Assembly (NCBI GenBank): GCA_012841065.1 | Contig: DUVI01000053.1 | Span: forward strand, 43,811 to 107,810 | Direction: 5' to 3' | Source of the DNA: Bacillota bacterium | Lineage (GTDB): Bacteria > Bacillota > Sulfobacillia > Fermentithermobacillales > Fermentithermobacillaceae | Length of the DNA: 64,000 bases | Part shown: positions 9,995-20,351 of the stretch, one piece after another | How the letters are laid out: every line of letters begins with the position of its first letter | How positions within the stretch are numbered: the stretch's first letter is position 1 | Notes under the pieces: model-generated | What the model saw: the letters and a program-made list of their open reading frames with translations, nothing else | What the model was told of the DNA's origin: nothing | Databases searched by the model: none | Program-made: the position numbers and the translations under genes

Positions 9995-11103
9995 AACTCG
10001 GATTTCCCACCTTCTTGAGTGATCAACCTCTGCCCGGCAGGCGTCAGTACATACTTGCCGCCTGCAACTGACTTAACATACCCCTTCACCTCAAGGGATG
10101 AAATCAATGACATTATTCTGTATACCGGTATCTCGTTGAGATTGTCGCAAATACCCTCGATTGATTCATAGTGTGCCAAACAGCTTAACACGAGCGATTC
10201 CTCCAGCGATACACACTGGGCTGCCCTGAGCGTTTCCGTCTCAGGCACATATTCATTATCTTTTCTGAGAAAGGATAGCACATCTTCAGCACAAGTTACC
10301 AGATATGCCCCCTCTTGGATGAGGCGGTTGGTTCCCTGGCTGGCGGCAGACTTTACGCTTCCGGGCACACACATAACCGGCCGTCCCTGCTTCAGAGCCC
10401 AATCAGCTGTTATAAGCGCCCCGGACTTGAGTCCGGCTTCTACCACTACCACTCCAAGCGACATGCCTGAAATCAGCCGGTTTCTTTGGGGGAAATGCCA
10501 AGGCTTAGGTTCAGTACCCGGCAAGTATTCAGACAATAACGCACCTGATGCAGGGATTTCCTTGTAAAGAGCCCAATTGGCTTTAGGGTATATAAAGCCC
10601 ACTCCCTGGCCAAGGCATGCTATCGTCCTTCCCTTAGCGTTTAGAGCTGCCCTGTGGACACAAGCATCAATGCCGTATGCCAATCCAGAGACGATGGTAA
10701 CGCCGGCTGCAGCAAGATCGGCAGCGATCTCGGCTGCAACCGATTGCCCAACTGCTGTAGGATTCCTGGTCCCGACTATGGCTACTGCTATACGATCTCC
10801 TGGTGTCAAACGCCCTTTTGCGAAAAGCAACTGCGGGCAATCACGTACATTTCTGAGGTTTTCGGGATATTCAGGATCATCGATACTGATAATGCTTATC
10901 CCCTGTTTTTGACATACATCCAAAACCCGTTTGGCCTGCTGCACCAAATCGTCACACGCCGGCTTGCCGGTACTCTTGTGATTACGGCGACACCTGGTCT
11001 CCAGAAAAGCGACGAGTTTCTGCAGTAATTGACCCAAGAACCCATACCCCCCGGCGGAAGCTAACACAGCCTGATATTTTAGCCAATTTTTCCCATCCCC
11101 CAA
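9991..11103 (-). CDS. dprA: DNA processing protein DprA (Smf)
   Basis: 370 aa with a Rossmann-like core (VAIVGTRNPTAVGQSVAAEIAADLAAAGVTIVSGLAYGIDA). It overlaps the topA start by 4 nt. Confidence 0.9.
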   Translation of the reverse strand: MGDGKNWLKYQAVLASAGGYGFLGQLLQKLVAFLETRCRRNHKSTGKPACDDLVQQAKRVLDVCQKQGISIISIDDPEYPENLRNVRDCPQLLFAKGRLTPGDRIAVAIVGTRNPTAVGQSVAAEIAADLAAAGVTIVSGLAYGIDACVHRAALNAKGRTIACLGQGVGFIYPKANWALYKEIPASGALLSEYLPGTEPKPWHFPQRNRLISGMSLGVVVVEAGLKSGALITADWALKQGRPVMCVPGSVKSAASQGTNRLIQEGAYLVTCAEDVLSFLRKDNEYVPETETLRAAQCVSLEESLVLSCLAHYESIEGICDNLNEIPVYRIMSLISSLEVKGYVKSVAGGKYVLTPAGQRLITQEGGKSEL

Positions 11104-11223
11104 CAGACCTTATCATATTTTGGCAGAAAAGGAAAGTTGTCTACACGCGGGTTTGGATTCATAACCCCGGCAAGGGACGGGAATCATTAGAAACTGAAGC
11201 ACACTTACCAGGCGCAGGATGGA

Positions 11224-12888
11224 GTGATCAGTCTCTTGAGAATTCCCAACCCCTGGCAGAAAGCTTTGAGCCTGATCGTCCCCAAGAGGGGGCGTTCAGA
11301 AAGGGATGCTTTCTCTCTGGGGGAACGCCCGGCTACAAGATTTCAGCAGCCTAAAGCGCAACATCAGGGTACACCGTGGTCAAAGGACTTTGATGCAAAC
11401 GTCGAGCAGCTGAGCAAGATTTTCCACGTGCCTGATTCGTCAGATGTTGTCATAAGAGAAGTATCCTGCGCCAACCCACATATCAGGGTGGCTATAGCTT
11501 TCTTAGATGGATTAGCAAATTCCGACAAGGTAATGACTTCTGTTCTCCAGCCCTTGATGCTTCTTTCCCCCATACGGAAGAGTAACGACGGAGATCCTGT
11601 AGCCCAGATTAAGGACACCCTGCTTGCAAGCACCCAGGTGGAAACAAAGCACACCGTAGATGAATGTGTGGAAGCTATGGTTTCAGGTGATACGGTTGTG
11701 CTCATGCAAGGCCATGACACGGCGCTGGCAGTTGAGACCAAAGGTTGGGAGCACCGGACTGTACAAGAGGCTGTAACAGAACGGATAGTCAGGGGCCCGC
11801 AACAAGGTTTCGTTGAAGTGCTAAGGGCGAATACAGGTTTGCTAAGGTCGATGATCCGGTCGCCGGACCTGGTGGTGGAAAACATCGAAGTCGGACGCAG
11901 GACCAAGACCCAATGTGCCATCGTGTACATGGCGGGAATAGCCAACGACAAAATTGTCACCGAAGTAAGACGCAGAATCACGTCTATAGAGATCGATGCG
12001 GTATTGAGCAGCGGCAGCCTGGAACAGCTTATCGAAACCAGCCATAGTCTGCTTCCCACGATGATCAGCACGGAAAGGCCTGACAGGGCAGCTCATTTTG
12101 TCCTGGAAGGTGCTATTGCAATCTTGGTGGCAGGCGACCCTTTTGCGCTGATCGCTCCGGTAACTTTTTCAGCTTTTCTCCACAGTCCTGAGGATTATTA
12201 TGTGCGCTGGCCCTACGGCAATGTGCTAAGGTTAATCCGGGTGATAGCGCTGCTCATAGCAGTGCTCCTCCCTGGAACGTACATCGCCGTAACCAACTAC
12301 CATCAAGAAATGATTCCTACAGTGCTGCTGTTTTCTATTGCCGCCTCCAGAGAAACGGTTCCTATACCCCTGCCTTTGGAAGTGTTGCTCATGTATTTCG
12401 GATTTGATCTCATACGCGAAGCAGGGATCAGAATACCGTCCCCCTTCGGGCCGACCATAAGCATTGTAGGAGCGCTGTTGATTGGGGAAGCAGCGGTTTC
12501 AGCTTCACTGGTAAGCCCCATCATGGTTATCGTCATCGCCGTAACCGGGGTAGCGTCTTTCACAATACCCAACCTGGAAGTAGGGATGCTCATACGGGTA
12601 GCCACGTTAATCTTCATTGTTGCCGGCTCACTACTTGGTCTGTTCGGAATCGTCGCCACCGTGTATATTATGTTCTGCAAAATGGCTTCCATAACCAGCC
12701 TGGGGGTACCCCTGTTTGCACCTATAGCTCCCAAGCAACGAACTGAAGCTGATGTGCTTACCATTGGGCCGATCTGGACAATGGAAACCAGGCCCAGCTT
12801 CCTCAGACCCAAAGACCTGCGGAGACAACCCGATATAGCAAGGCAATGGGATATAGAATCAACTCAAGACCGGGAGGATAATTCCTGA
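11224..12888 (+). CDS. Spore germinant receptor A subunit (GerAA/GerKA family)
   Basis: 554 aa with a soluble N-terminal domain followed by 4-5 TM helices. Family-typical blocks. First gene of an ABC-type ger operon. Confidence 0.85.
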   Translation: MISLLRIPNPWQKALSLIVPKRGRSERDAFSLGERPATRFQQPKAQHQGTPWSKDFDANVEQLSKIFHVPDSSDVVIREVSCANPHIRVAIAFLDGLANSDKVMTSVLQPLMLLSPIRKSNDGDPVAQIKDTLLASTQVETKHTVDECVEAMVSGDTVVLMQGHDTALAVETKGWEHRTVQEAVTERIVRGPQQGFVEVLRANTGLLRSMIRSPDLVVENIEVGRRTKTQCAIVYMAGIANDKIVTEVRRRITSIEIDAVLSSGSLEQLIETSHSLLPTMISTERPDRAAHFVLEGAIAILVAGDPFALIAPVTFSAFLHSPEDYYVRWPYGNVLRLIRVIALLIAVLLPGTYIAVTNYHQEMIPTVLLFSIAASRETVPIPLPLEVLLMYFGFDLIREAGIRIPSPFGPTISIVGALLIGEAAVSASLVSPIMVIVIAVTGVASFTIPNLEVGMLIRVATLIFIVAGSLLGLFGIVATVYIMFCKMASITSLGVPLFAPIAPKQRTEADVLTIGPIWTMETRPSFLRPKDLRRQPDIARQWDIESTQDREDNS

Positions 12889-14144
12889 TGAGTACCTATG
12901 GCAAGCCGCGGGCCCCGGCAGCCCAATTTGATGTGGTAAAGCTGGGTCACCTCGATTCAAACCAGTTTATGGTAATACTCGGATTCTTGATCGCCACCAA
13001 GGTGTTTCTCACCCTGCCTTCTTATATCACCCAGAGGATAGGCACCGGCGCCTGGATTACCATAGCAATTTCAGCCCTGCTTGCAGCAATTGGGTTATGG
13101 GGATGGGTAGCATGGGCCAAAGCTACAGGCAACTTGGGGTTTGTGCCTTCTGTGCGGCTCACCCTGGGTAGGGCGCTCGCAGATCTGACAACCCTGGCAA
13201 TCACCATGTACTTCCTGCTGGTAACAGCCTTCAGCGTGCGGGTGTTCGCCGGAGGCGCCGTAATTAGCCTGTTGCCCGAGTTCCCCATCGAGATACTCAT
13301 AGTTATTGTCGTAGCTTCAGCCATTTACGCAGCATGGCTGGGACTAGAATCTGTAGCAAGGGCTGCAACCTTCTTTTATCCTCCAATCGTGCTTACTACC
13401 ATCCTTGTTGGCTTGGGCTCTTACAGGCTTTTTGACATTCGTCACCTGCACCCTGTGTTTGGAATGGGCATTCCTGTGATACTTAGGGAGTCTGTCGTAC
13501 AGGTAGGCATATATGGCGGGATTGCCGCAACAGCGATCTTCAAGTCTTACCTTAGAAACCCGGATCACCTGCCAAAAGCCGCTTTCAGCGGGCTGACCCT
13601 GGCCACCGTCTTCATGATTGCTTCTGTAGTATTGGTGTCAGCAATCCTTCCTTACCCAGAGAACACCAGGCATGTCAATTCCTTCGGTGTGATTGCCCGC
13701 ACGGTCTACCTGGGCAGGTTTCTTCAGAAAATCGAAGCCTTGTTCACTTTCACTTGGTTTTTCGGATCGGCAGTTCACGCAAGTATATGCTATATGGTAA
13801 GCCTTGTGCTGCTATGCCAGCTCATGAACACCCGTACCTACAGGCCGCTGGTGCCAGGGGTAGGCCTGCTAACCTTCGGCATTGCTGCCTTACCAAATTC
13901 AATCCATGCCGCAGGCAGGCTTCTTTCTGCAGTATACACTTACATGGGCTCATTCAGCGTAATACTGGGGCCGGTGCTGTACATTATCGCAAGAGCCCGG
14001 GGCACGGAACGGGCAGCCGCACAAGTGTCCGAAATACTAGGAGAGCTCCAACAAAGCCCGGGGTATTCTGAAGACGCCCCAGGTAAACCAACTGGAGAAA
14101 ACCACTGGAATCAGCCTGAAGCGCGAGGAGAGGAACAAACATAG
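12888..14144 (+). CDS. Spore germinant receptor B subunit (GerAB family, APC-like permease)
   Basis: 418 aa polytopic membrane protein whose start overlaps the A-subunit stop (ATGA). Spore-permease-like TM pattern. Confidence 0.8.
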   Translation: MSTYGKPRAPAAQFDVVKLGHLDSNQFMVILGFLIATKVFLTLPSYITQRIGTGAWITIAISALLAAIGLWGWVAWAKATGNLGFVPSVRLTLGRALADLTTLAITMYFLLVTAFSVRVFAGGAVISLLPEFPIEILIVIVVASAIYAAWLGLESVARAATFFYPPIVLTTILVGLGSYRLFDIRHLHPVFGMGIPVILRESVVQVGIYGGIAATAIFKSYLRNPDHLPKAAFSGLTLATVFMIASVVLVSAILPYPENTRHVNSFGVIARTVYLGRFLQKIEALFTFTWFFGSAVHASICYMVSLVLLCQLMNTRTYRPLVPGVGLLTFGIAALPNSIHAAGRLLSAVYTYMGSFSVILGPVLYIIARARGTERAAAQVSEILGELQQSPGYSEDAPGKPTGENHWNQPEARGEEQT

Positions 14145-14179
14145 GCAAACTCACCTGCCGCAAACTTGCAGGAATAATA

Positions 14180-15406
14180 GTGCTCTGGTTGTCGTTGATG
14201 TTCTTGTGTACCAGCGCTTGCGGCTGTTACGGAGCGCACGAACTTGAGCAGTTTTCCTTTGTGACCATTCTAGGAGTTGACAAGGGTAGCCAGAGAGGAC
14301 TCTTGGCTACAGCATCCATAGCACCGCCAAGAAAACTACGCGGGGGCAATATGTCCCAAGGAGGGGGGGACTGGGCATCCTTCATAGTCTCTGTCGAATG
14401 CGACAGTCTGCTTGACGGGCTTGGAAGAATGACCACAATGGCTTCAAGACGGATCACTACGGCCCACACGCAAGTAGTGATACTGGGAGAGGACCTGGCC
14501 CGGGAGGATGCAGGCATAATACTTGACGTGTTTTCGCGGAACCTTGAATTCAGGCAGAACACGTTGGTAGCTGTATGCAAAGGCAGCGCCTCCGAATTCA
14601 TCAGGAATTTCAGGGTACCCGAAGAGACTGAGCCTTCGAATTACCTGGTTAAGCTCATCCAAAGCTGCAACCAGGAGTTGGGCATCTGCCCTTTTACTTC
14701 GATTTACGACTTCCTGGTAGCTTATGGCACAGGGCAAACCGAACCGTGGACACCTTACCTGACCCTTGCCTCCTCCGTTGAACCGGTTCCTGAACAAACG
14801 GAAGAGCCGGATGAGGAGCAGAAAACCGGAAACGAAGAAAATGCACCTGAAAGTATAATCGAGCTCGCCGGTTCAGCCGTCTTTAAGAAAGAAGGCCTCA
14901 AAATGAAGATGATAGGCACCTTAGACCCCAAGGAAACCATGGCAGCTAACATACTAAGCGGCAGGTTTTCCAGGGGATTCTTTGACATTGTCATGCCCCG
15001 GGTCCCGGAAAGAATCGCCACTCTGGTATTCCAACACCGTTCGGTTACAAGGAAGACCAAGATAGACGGCGACAGGGTAAGCGTTACCTTCAAGATAAGA
15101 ATCACCGCTTCCATGGAAGAAACCACCGCCAGAGAAATCCAGCTGTCACCTGGTTACCACGGTGAAATCGTCGAAGCAGCTGAACAGACCCTGGAAGCTC
15201 TCCTAAGCAAAGTGTTCACGAAACTGACTGCCATGGAATCGGATATTCTGGGCCTGGGAATGACAATCCGCGGGCATTTTAGGACCTGGCCTGAATGGAA
15301 GCAATTTGATTGGGAGTCGAAGTTCAGAAACACTGCAGCTGACTACGACCTGAAGATTTTCGTGTTTACTTCAGGATATGCAGACAGTCCTCCTACGCCG
15401 AAATAA
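14180..15406 (+). CDS. Spore germinant receptor C subunit lipoprotein (GerAC family)
   Basis: 408 aa with a signal peptide and lipobox (LCTSACGC). GerAC-type sequence. Third gene of the operon. Confidence 0.8.
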   Translation: MLWLSLMFLCTSACGCYGAHELEQFSFVTILGVDKGSQRGLLATASIAPPRKLRGGNMSQGGGDWASFIVSVECDSLLDGLGRMTTMASRRITTAHTQVVILGEDLAREDAGIILDVFSRNLEFRQNTLVAVCKGSASEFIRNFRVPEETEPSNYLVKLIQSCNQELGICPFTSIYDFLVAYGTGQTEPWTPYLTLASSVEPVPEQTEEPDEEQKTGNEENAPESIIELAGSAVFKKEGLKMKMIGTLDPKETMAANILSGRFSRGFFDIVMPRVPERIATLVFQHRSVTRKTKIDGDRVSVTFKIRITASMEETTAREIQLSPGYHGEIVEAAEQTLEALLSKVFTKLTAMESDILGLGMTIRGHFRTWPEWKQFDWESKFRNTAADYDLKIFVFTSGYADSPPTPK

Positions 15407-15495
15407 CATCTGCTCCTCTAAACTCCGTCCAAAAAAGGAGTTGGCCTTGCTGCGGCGAAATCAGTAGTAGCAGGCACTACAGAGGAGTGTAATGA

Positions 15496-16179
15496 TTGAG
15501 GTCTCACATAGCAGAAATCGCCAGGGTCAACAAGTTATATGAATGGGAAGACCTGAGGCGCCCTAAAGCGCAGCACATAGCTGGTGTGGATGAAGCTGGA
15601 AGAGGACCTGTAGCAGGCCCTTTGGTGGCTGCGGCTGTGATCCTTCCGGCTCATCCGAGAATTCCTAACCTCAACGACAGCAAAAAACTGTCTCAAAAAG
15701 CGCGGGAACGCCTCTTTGACTATATCCTCGACACCAGCCTCGCCGTTGGCGTAGGTATCAGATCTGCCCGGTTTGTCGATGAGTTCGGCATTGTAACCGC
15801 TACCTTTTCAGCAATGAAATCTGCGATTCAGATGCTTGTGTTTAAAGAATGCCCGCCTGACCTTGTTGTCGTAGACGGATACCCTATCCCTGACCTGGAA
15901 ATGGACCAAGAAGCGCTCATAAGAGCTGACAACAGGGTAGCCTCTGTAGCCTGTGCCTCGATTGTGGCCAAAGTCATACGGGACAGGATGATGACTGAAT
16001 TTGAGGAGATATATCCGGGATATGGCTTTGCTAAGCATAAAGGATATTGCACCGAGGAGCATGTAGAATGCCTCAGGCAAATGGGCCCGTGTCCCATCCA
16101 CAGGCGTTCATTTGAGCCGGTAAAGAGCTTGTTGCCCGATGGACGCTCCTACAACGCAGTATCCTCTTACCAGGGGTGA
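15496..16179 (+). CDS. rnhB: Ribonuclease HII
   Basis: 227 aa with the catalytic motif GVDEAGRGPVAGPLVAAAV and NDSKKLS. Confidence 0.95.
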   Translation: MRSHIAEIARVNKLYEWEDLRRPKAQHIAGVDEAGRGPVAGPLVAAAVILPAHPRIPNLNDSKKLSQKARERLFDYILDTSLAVGVGIRSARFVDEFGIVTATFSAMKSAIQMLVFKECPPDLVVVDGYPIPDLEMDQEALIRADNRVASVACASIVAKVIRDRMMTEFEEIYPGYGFAKHKGYCTEEHVECLRQMGPCPIHRRSFEPVKSLLPDGRSYNAVSSYQG

Positions 16180-16183
16180 AAGT

Positions 16184-16954
16184 ATGACGCAGGGGATGTA
16201 CAGTGGCTTCTTCACTGAGTTTTACGACATACTCCACGCCGGTTTGCCCGACGTGGATTCATATCTAGAGTTCGCACGTAAGTTTGGCCCTGAAGTCTTG
16301 GAATTGGGTTCAGGGACCGGCAGAATACTGATACCCCTGGCCAGAGCAGGTTTTCACGTTACCGGGGTAGACTGTTCCGACGATATGCTCCTCCGTTGCC
16401 AAGCCAAACTAGGCATGGAGGATGAGACTGTTAGATCCAGAGTGACAGTTATCAAGCAAGACATCACCCAATTGCACCTGAAAAAGCAATTCGACCTAAT
16501 CATCGCCCCATGCAACATGATCAATCACTTTCTGGAACACACCACGCTCATCAAAGCACTGCAAAGTGTCAAACGCCACCTGAAGCCGACAGGGGTTTTC
16601 ATTCTGGACAACAGCATTCCGGATATCCCCTACATGGTAGACATCAACCGCGTTGAAAGAATTGCAGCTTTTGAGCACCCTCTCACAGGCACCACGATTA
16701 TTGACAGGTTTACAACCATGTATGATTTCGTCAACCAGCTTGAGCACAATGTCATACGCCTTGAAGAGTACGATGAAGCAGACAATTTGTTGCGAGAAGC
16801 ATCTTACTCTTGTACCATGACGTACTACTTCCCCAGGGAGCTAAAGCTGATACTTGAAATATCAGGGTTGGAGGTGTTTCATGAACAAGAATCCTTACAT
16901 GTAGATTCTCCGATAGGTGTTGACTCTACCCAAATGGTGTTCTTTGCCAGGTGA
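16184..16954 (+). CDS. Class I SAM-dependent methyltransferase
   Basis: Motif I VLELGSGTGRILIPLA. The ORF track starts at 16139 inside rnhB. ATG 16184 with RBS GGGGTG is the likely start. Confidence 0.75.
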   Translation: MTQGMYSGFFTEFYDILHAGLPDVDSYLEFARKFGPEVLELGSGTGRILIPLARAGFHVTGVDCSDDMLLRCQAKLGMEDETVRSRVTVIKQDITQLHLKKQFDLIIAPCNMINHFLEHTTLIKALQSVKRHLKPTGVFILDNSIPDIPYMVDINRVERIAAFEHPLTGTTIIDRFTTMYDFVNQLEHNVIRLEEYDEADNLLREASYSCTMTYYFPRELKLILEISGLEVFHEQESLHVDSPIGVDSTQMVFFAR

Positions 16955-17084
16955 GCATGTCTTCACTTGTTGCATTCAATTACCGAAAACATGTAATATC
17001 AGGAGCAACGGTTGTTAACGGTGTTTCCCAAGGCAGGAATTGTCACAAGAAGGCGCTTGTCTGAATCCATTGGAGGTATGACTC

Positions 17085-18317
17085 GTGAACAGGCCCGGAG
17101 CTGCCCACAACAACCGCTGGATATCAACTCGACTGACAGGCACTGAACGGAAGTGGTTGATCGCATACATGGGCTTAGTGGCAGGAGTGGGGCTGAGTTT
17201 CTCGGCTTTGGTGCTCATAGACTACAACCCGCCGGACCCATACACCACAGCAATTTTCGCAATACTGGGCATCATAAGCTTCAACCAACCCATAAAACTC
17301 GCGCCTAAAGTCGAGCTACATGCAACATGGCCCATTCTGTTTGCCGCCCTTTATTGTTACGGCCTCCCCCTGGCCATCCTTACAGGGGTGCCGGCTATGC
17401 TTTCTCAAAGCATTTTCCTGCAGAAGGCTCTGCTTACCTCCTTATTTAACGGCGGGCAGTTGGCGATCAGCCTTGGCGTGGCAAACATCACCGCTCAACT
17501 TGTGAGGAGTATTGCGCCTCCCACGATAACCTGTGAAATAATCGCCCTGGTGCTGGGTATGAGCGTCTTCGACCTGTGCAATATTATCCTGGTAAGCATA
17601 GCTGTGTGTAAGGAACAGCAAGTAAGCTGGAGGGCTTGCTTTGAACAGATGACCTTTGTGAACAGACGTTGCCTTCTCCCCCTTATGTACCTCCTCTCCC
17701 TGACAAGCGCGCTGCTGTGCTCCTTCATTGGGAACGTTGGGCTTTTGCTGACTTTTGCCCATGTGCTTGTAGTATCACATCTAATGCGGTTCCAGCGGGA
17801 ACTAGATTTGAGAACCGAGGAATCCCGCACCGATCCTTTGACTAAGGCGCTAAACTACAGATACCTGGAAGACTGGTTGAACTTCGAGTTCCCTAAATTG
17901 GCGGCGGAGAACACCCCGTGTAGCTTCGTGTTCATCGACTTAGACGGTCTTAAGCGGATTAACGATACCTTCGGGCATGAAGCCGGAGATTCAGTATTGG
18001 TTGACGTAACAAAAGCCCTGTCCGCCACTACCAGGCCGCAAGATGTGATCATCCGGTACGGCGGCGACGAATTCGTGATAATCTGTCCGGGCACTGACAT
18101 AGAAACTGCAGAAGCAATAGGCAAGAGCCTTATTGCCGTTTGCAGCACACCTGTATACTATAAAGACTCCTCTTTTAACATCGGCTTAAGCGTCGGCATA
18201 GCATCTTACCCTGAAGATTCAACAGTCGGCAGAGACCTTATCCGGCTGGCTGACTGGGCGATGTACCATGCCAAGAAGTGCGGCGGCAACATTGTGTGCA
18301 AGGCCAGTGACCTGTAA
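17085..18317 (+). CDS. Membrane-anchored diguanylate cyclase (polytopic N-terminal domain + GGDEF)
   Basis: 410 aa with about 6 predicted TM helices followed by a GGDEF domain carrying an intact active site (RYGGDEFVI) and DPLT..NRR. GTG start with RBS GGAGG. Confidence 0.9.
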   Translation: MNRPGAAHNNRWISTRLTGTERKWLIAYMGLVAGVGLSFSALVLIDYNPPDPYTTAIFAILGIISFNQPIKLAPKVELHATWPILFAALYCYGLPLAILTGVPAMLSQSIFLQKALLTSLFNGGQLAISLGVANITAQLVRSIAPPTITCEIIALVLGMSVFDLCNIILVSIAVCKEQQVSWRACFEQMTFVNRRCLLPLMYLLSLTSALLCSFIGNVGLLLTFAHVLVVSHLMRFQRELDLRTEESRTDPLTKALNYRYLEDWLNFEFPKLAAENTPCSFVFIDLDGLKRINDTFGHEAGDSVLVDVTKALSATTRPQDVIIRYGGDEFVIICPGTDIETAEAIGKSLIAVCSTPVYYKDSSFNIGLSVGIASYPEDSTVGRDLIRLADWAMYHAKKCGGNIVCKASDL

Positions 18318-18324
18318 TCCCGTT

Positions 18325-18711
18325 TCAAAACTCGATAATCCCTTGAATTATCGTAAAACCCGGTGAGGGCGAATCTTTAGGTTCCGACGCGCATATCAGA
18401 TCCACACGCATGCTGTCGTAGTCCTGTACAATCCGGCTGTGCTTGTACAGGAAGTCACGTATGGCCAGTTTAAGCCTATGTATCTTTGTCCTGTTCACTG
18501 ATTCTTGGGGTGTAACCAAGGAACCGCGCTTCCGGTAACGGACTTCAACAAACACAAGCACCGAACGCTGGCCCGCGACTATGTCAATCTCCCCATATCG
18601 CGAACGGTAGTTACGGCAAATGATGCAATAATCCTTTTGACGCAAGTAATCGCATGCCTGGTCTTCTATGATATGACCCACGCAATAGGGCGCCAACTTG
18701 TGCCCGTTCAT
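18325..18711 (-). CDS. yraN: YraN-family (UPF0102) endonuclease
   Basis: 128 aa with the core motif DYLRQKDYCIICRNYRSRYGEIDIVA. Overlaps comM by 4 nt, which is the conserved pairing. Confidence 0.85.
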   Translation of the reverse strand: MNGHKLAPYCVGHIIEDQACDYLRQKDYCIICRNYRSRYGEIDIVAGQRSVLVFVEVRYRKRGSLVTPQESVNRTKIHRLKLAIRDFLYKHSRIVQDYDSMRVDLICASEPKDSPSPGFTIIQGIIEF

Positions 18712-20228
18712 TCAAGAATCCGTTGCCTGTAGGACAACGCTTCAGCCACATGCTCCTCTTCGATCCTCGATGACAGCGCCAGGTCGGCTATGGAAGCGGC
18801 AACCCTCATCACCCTGTAGTATGCTCTGGCAGACAGTCCCATCCGGCTGTAAGCGTCAAGCAGTAGTTTTCGCCCTGATGCAGAAATGCTGAGCAAGGTT
18901 GACAGTTCCCTGGGGCCCATCTCAGAGTTCGTGGTAAGGCCAACGCTTTCAAGCCGCTGCCTTTGTAGTTTTCTTGCCTCTTTAACCCTTTGCTTTACCG
19001 ATTCTGACGTTTCGTCGTAGCAGTCCCGGGCCAAGTCTTCGACATCCACTCTCTGCACAGGCATAAAGATATCTATCCTGTCCAGCAGGGGTCCGTTGAC
19101 TTTGGAAATGTATCGGCGCCGTTGGTAAGGGGTACATTGGCAGTGTTGCAGGTCGCTGCCCCAATACCCGCATTGGCAGAAGTTCATGGCAGCAGCAAGA
19201 AGCATCCGGCACGGGAAACGGTAGGTGCCCCCTCCGCGGGTGATGTTGACCACCCCGTCTTCAAGGGGTTGGCGAAGTGCGTTAATTACCTGGGAAGAGA
19301 ATTCCGGGAGCTCATCCAGGAACAATACACCCCTGTGGGCGAGGGTTATTTCACCGGGTCTGGGGATTGCCCCGCCCCCAACCATTGCAACAGGAGTCAC
19401 CGTATGATGGGGAGCCCTGAAAGGACGCTGTCTCAAGAGCCCGCTTCCATTTGGAAGCAGTCCCGCCACACTGTGAATCTTAGTCACGGTCACCGCCTCC
19501 TCAAGGCTCAGATCCGGCATTATTTCCGGAAGCGCTTTAGCTAGCAAGCTTTTCCCCGCCCCCGGAGGCCCTGCCAAGAGGATGCTATGTTCGCCCGCTG
19601 CCGCTATCTCCAAGGCCCTTTTTGCCGCACGCTGTCCCCTGATTTGGTCATATGCTGCAGAACCGGAAGGAGTATTATCCTGGGGCGTAGGTGCCATGGC
19701 ACAGGGAAGGCATGCCTCTTGACTCACAAATCGGGCCACTTGGGTGAGATTCGACGCAACCCGTATGTCGAACCCCTTCAGGAAGGCTACCTCACCCTGG
19801 TTGTCTACAGGAATAACGGCTCCTTGATGACCTGATTCGTAAAGCGCCAACACCATCGCAAGTACTCCGGGAACAGGCCTGATGCTGCCATCTAGTGCTA
19901 ACTCGCCCAGGAAGCCGTAGTCTTGAACGGCGTTTGCGGCCGGAAGCCCACCGGACGCAACCAACAGAGACATTGCCATTGCCAAGTCAAGTTGCGTCCC
20001 TGCTTTGTGAAGCCCGGCCGGAGCCAAATTCACTGTAATCCTGCGCGATGGGAGTGAAAACCCGGAGTTTCTGATAGCTGACCGCACACGGTGCTTAGCT
20101 TCTTTTACCGAAGCTGCAGGCATTCCTACGATTTCAAGGCAAGGCAAACCACCTGAAACGTCAGTCTCGACTATGACACGAAGCCCGTCTACGCCAGACA
20201 CCGTTGCGCTGAACACAGAAGAAAGCAA
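18708..20228 (-). CDS. comM: ComM/YifB-family Mg-chelatase-like AAA+ ATPase
   Basis: N-terminal Lon-like region, AAA+ core (LLAGPPGAGKSLLA) and a C-terminal MgChl-like domain. The ORF track start is 20249. A TTG at 20228, preceded by GGAGG with an 8-nt spacer, is more likely. Confidence 0.9.
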   Translation of the reverse strand: MLSSVFSATVSGVDGLRVIVETDVSGGLPCLEIVGMPAASVKEAKHRVRSAIRNSGFSLPSRRITVNLAPAGLHKAGTQLDLAMAMSLLVASGGLPAANAVQDYGFLGELALDGSIRPVPGVLAMVLALYESGHQGAVIPVDNQGEVAFLKGFDIRVASNLTQVARFVSQEACLPCAMAPTPQDNTPSGSAAYDQIRGQRAAKRALEIAAAGEHSILLAGPPGAGKSLLAKALPEIMPDLSLEEAVTVTKIHSVAGLLPNGSGLLRQRPFRAPHHTVTPVAMVGGGAIPRPGEITLAHRGVLFLDELPEFSSQVINALRQPLEDGVVNITRGGGTYRFPCRMLLAAAMNFCQCGYWGSDLQHCQCTPYQRRRYISKVNGPLLDRIDIFMPVQRVDVEDLARDCYDETSESVKQRVKEARKLQRQRLESVGLTTNSEMGPRELSTLLSISASGRKLLLDAYSRMGLSARAYYRVMRVAASIADLALSSRIEEEHVAEALSYRQRILE

Positions 20229-20351
20229 GCACACTACCTCCGGTCGCATTTAGTGTTGCCTGGCGAATGCTCATGTCACAATATCGCAAGGTGTGACATC
20301 GCTTGCCCCATCATAGCAATTATTGTAAATTATGGCAATGCCTATTACGCA

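Noticed and set aside
11104-11223. Sigma-G/sigma-F-type forespore promoter upstream of the gerA-family operon
   Set aside because: GAATA- and CAT-containing segments are present, but spacing (about 20 nt) and the -10 match are poor. No confident promoter could be called by eye.
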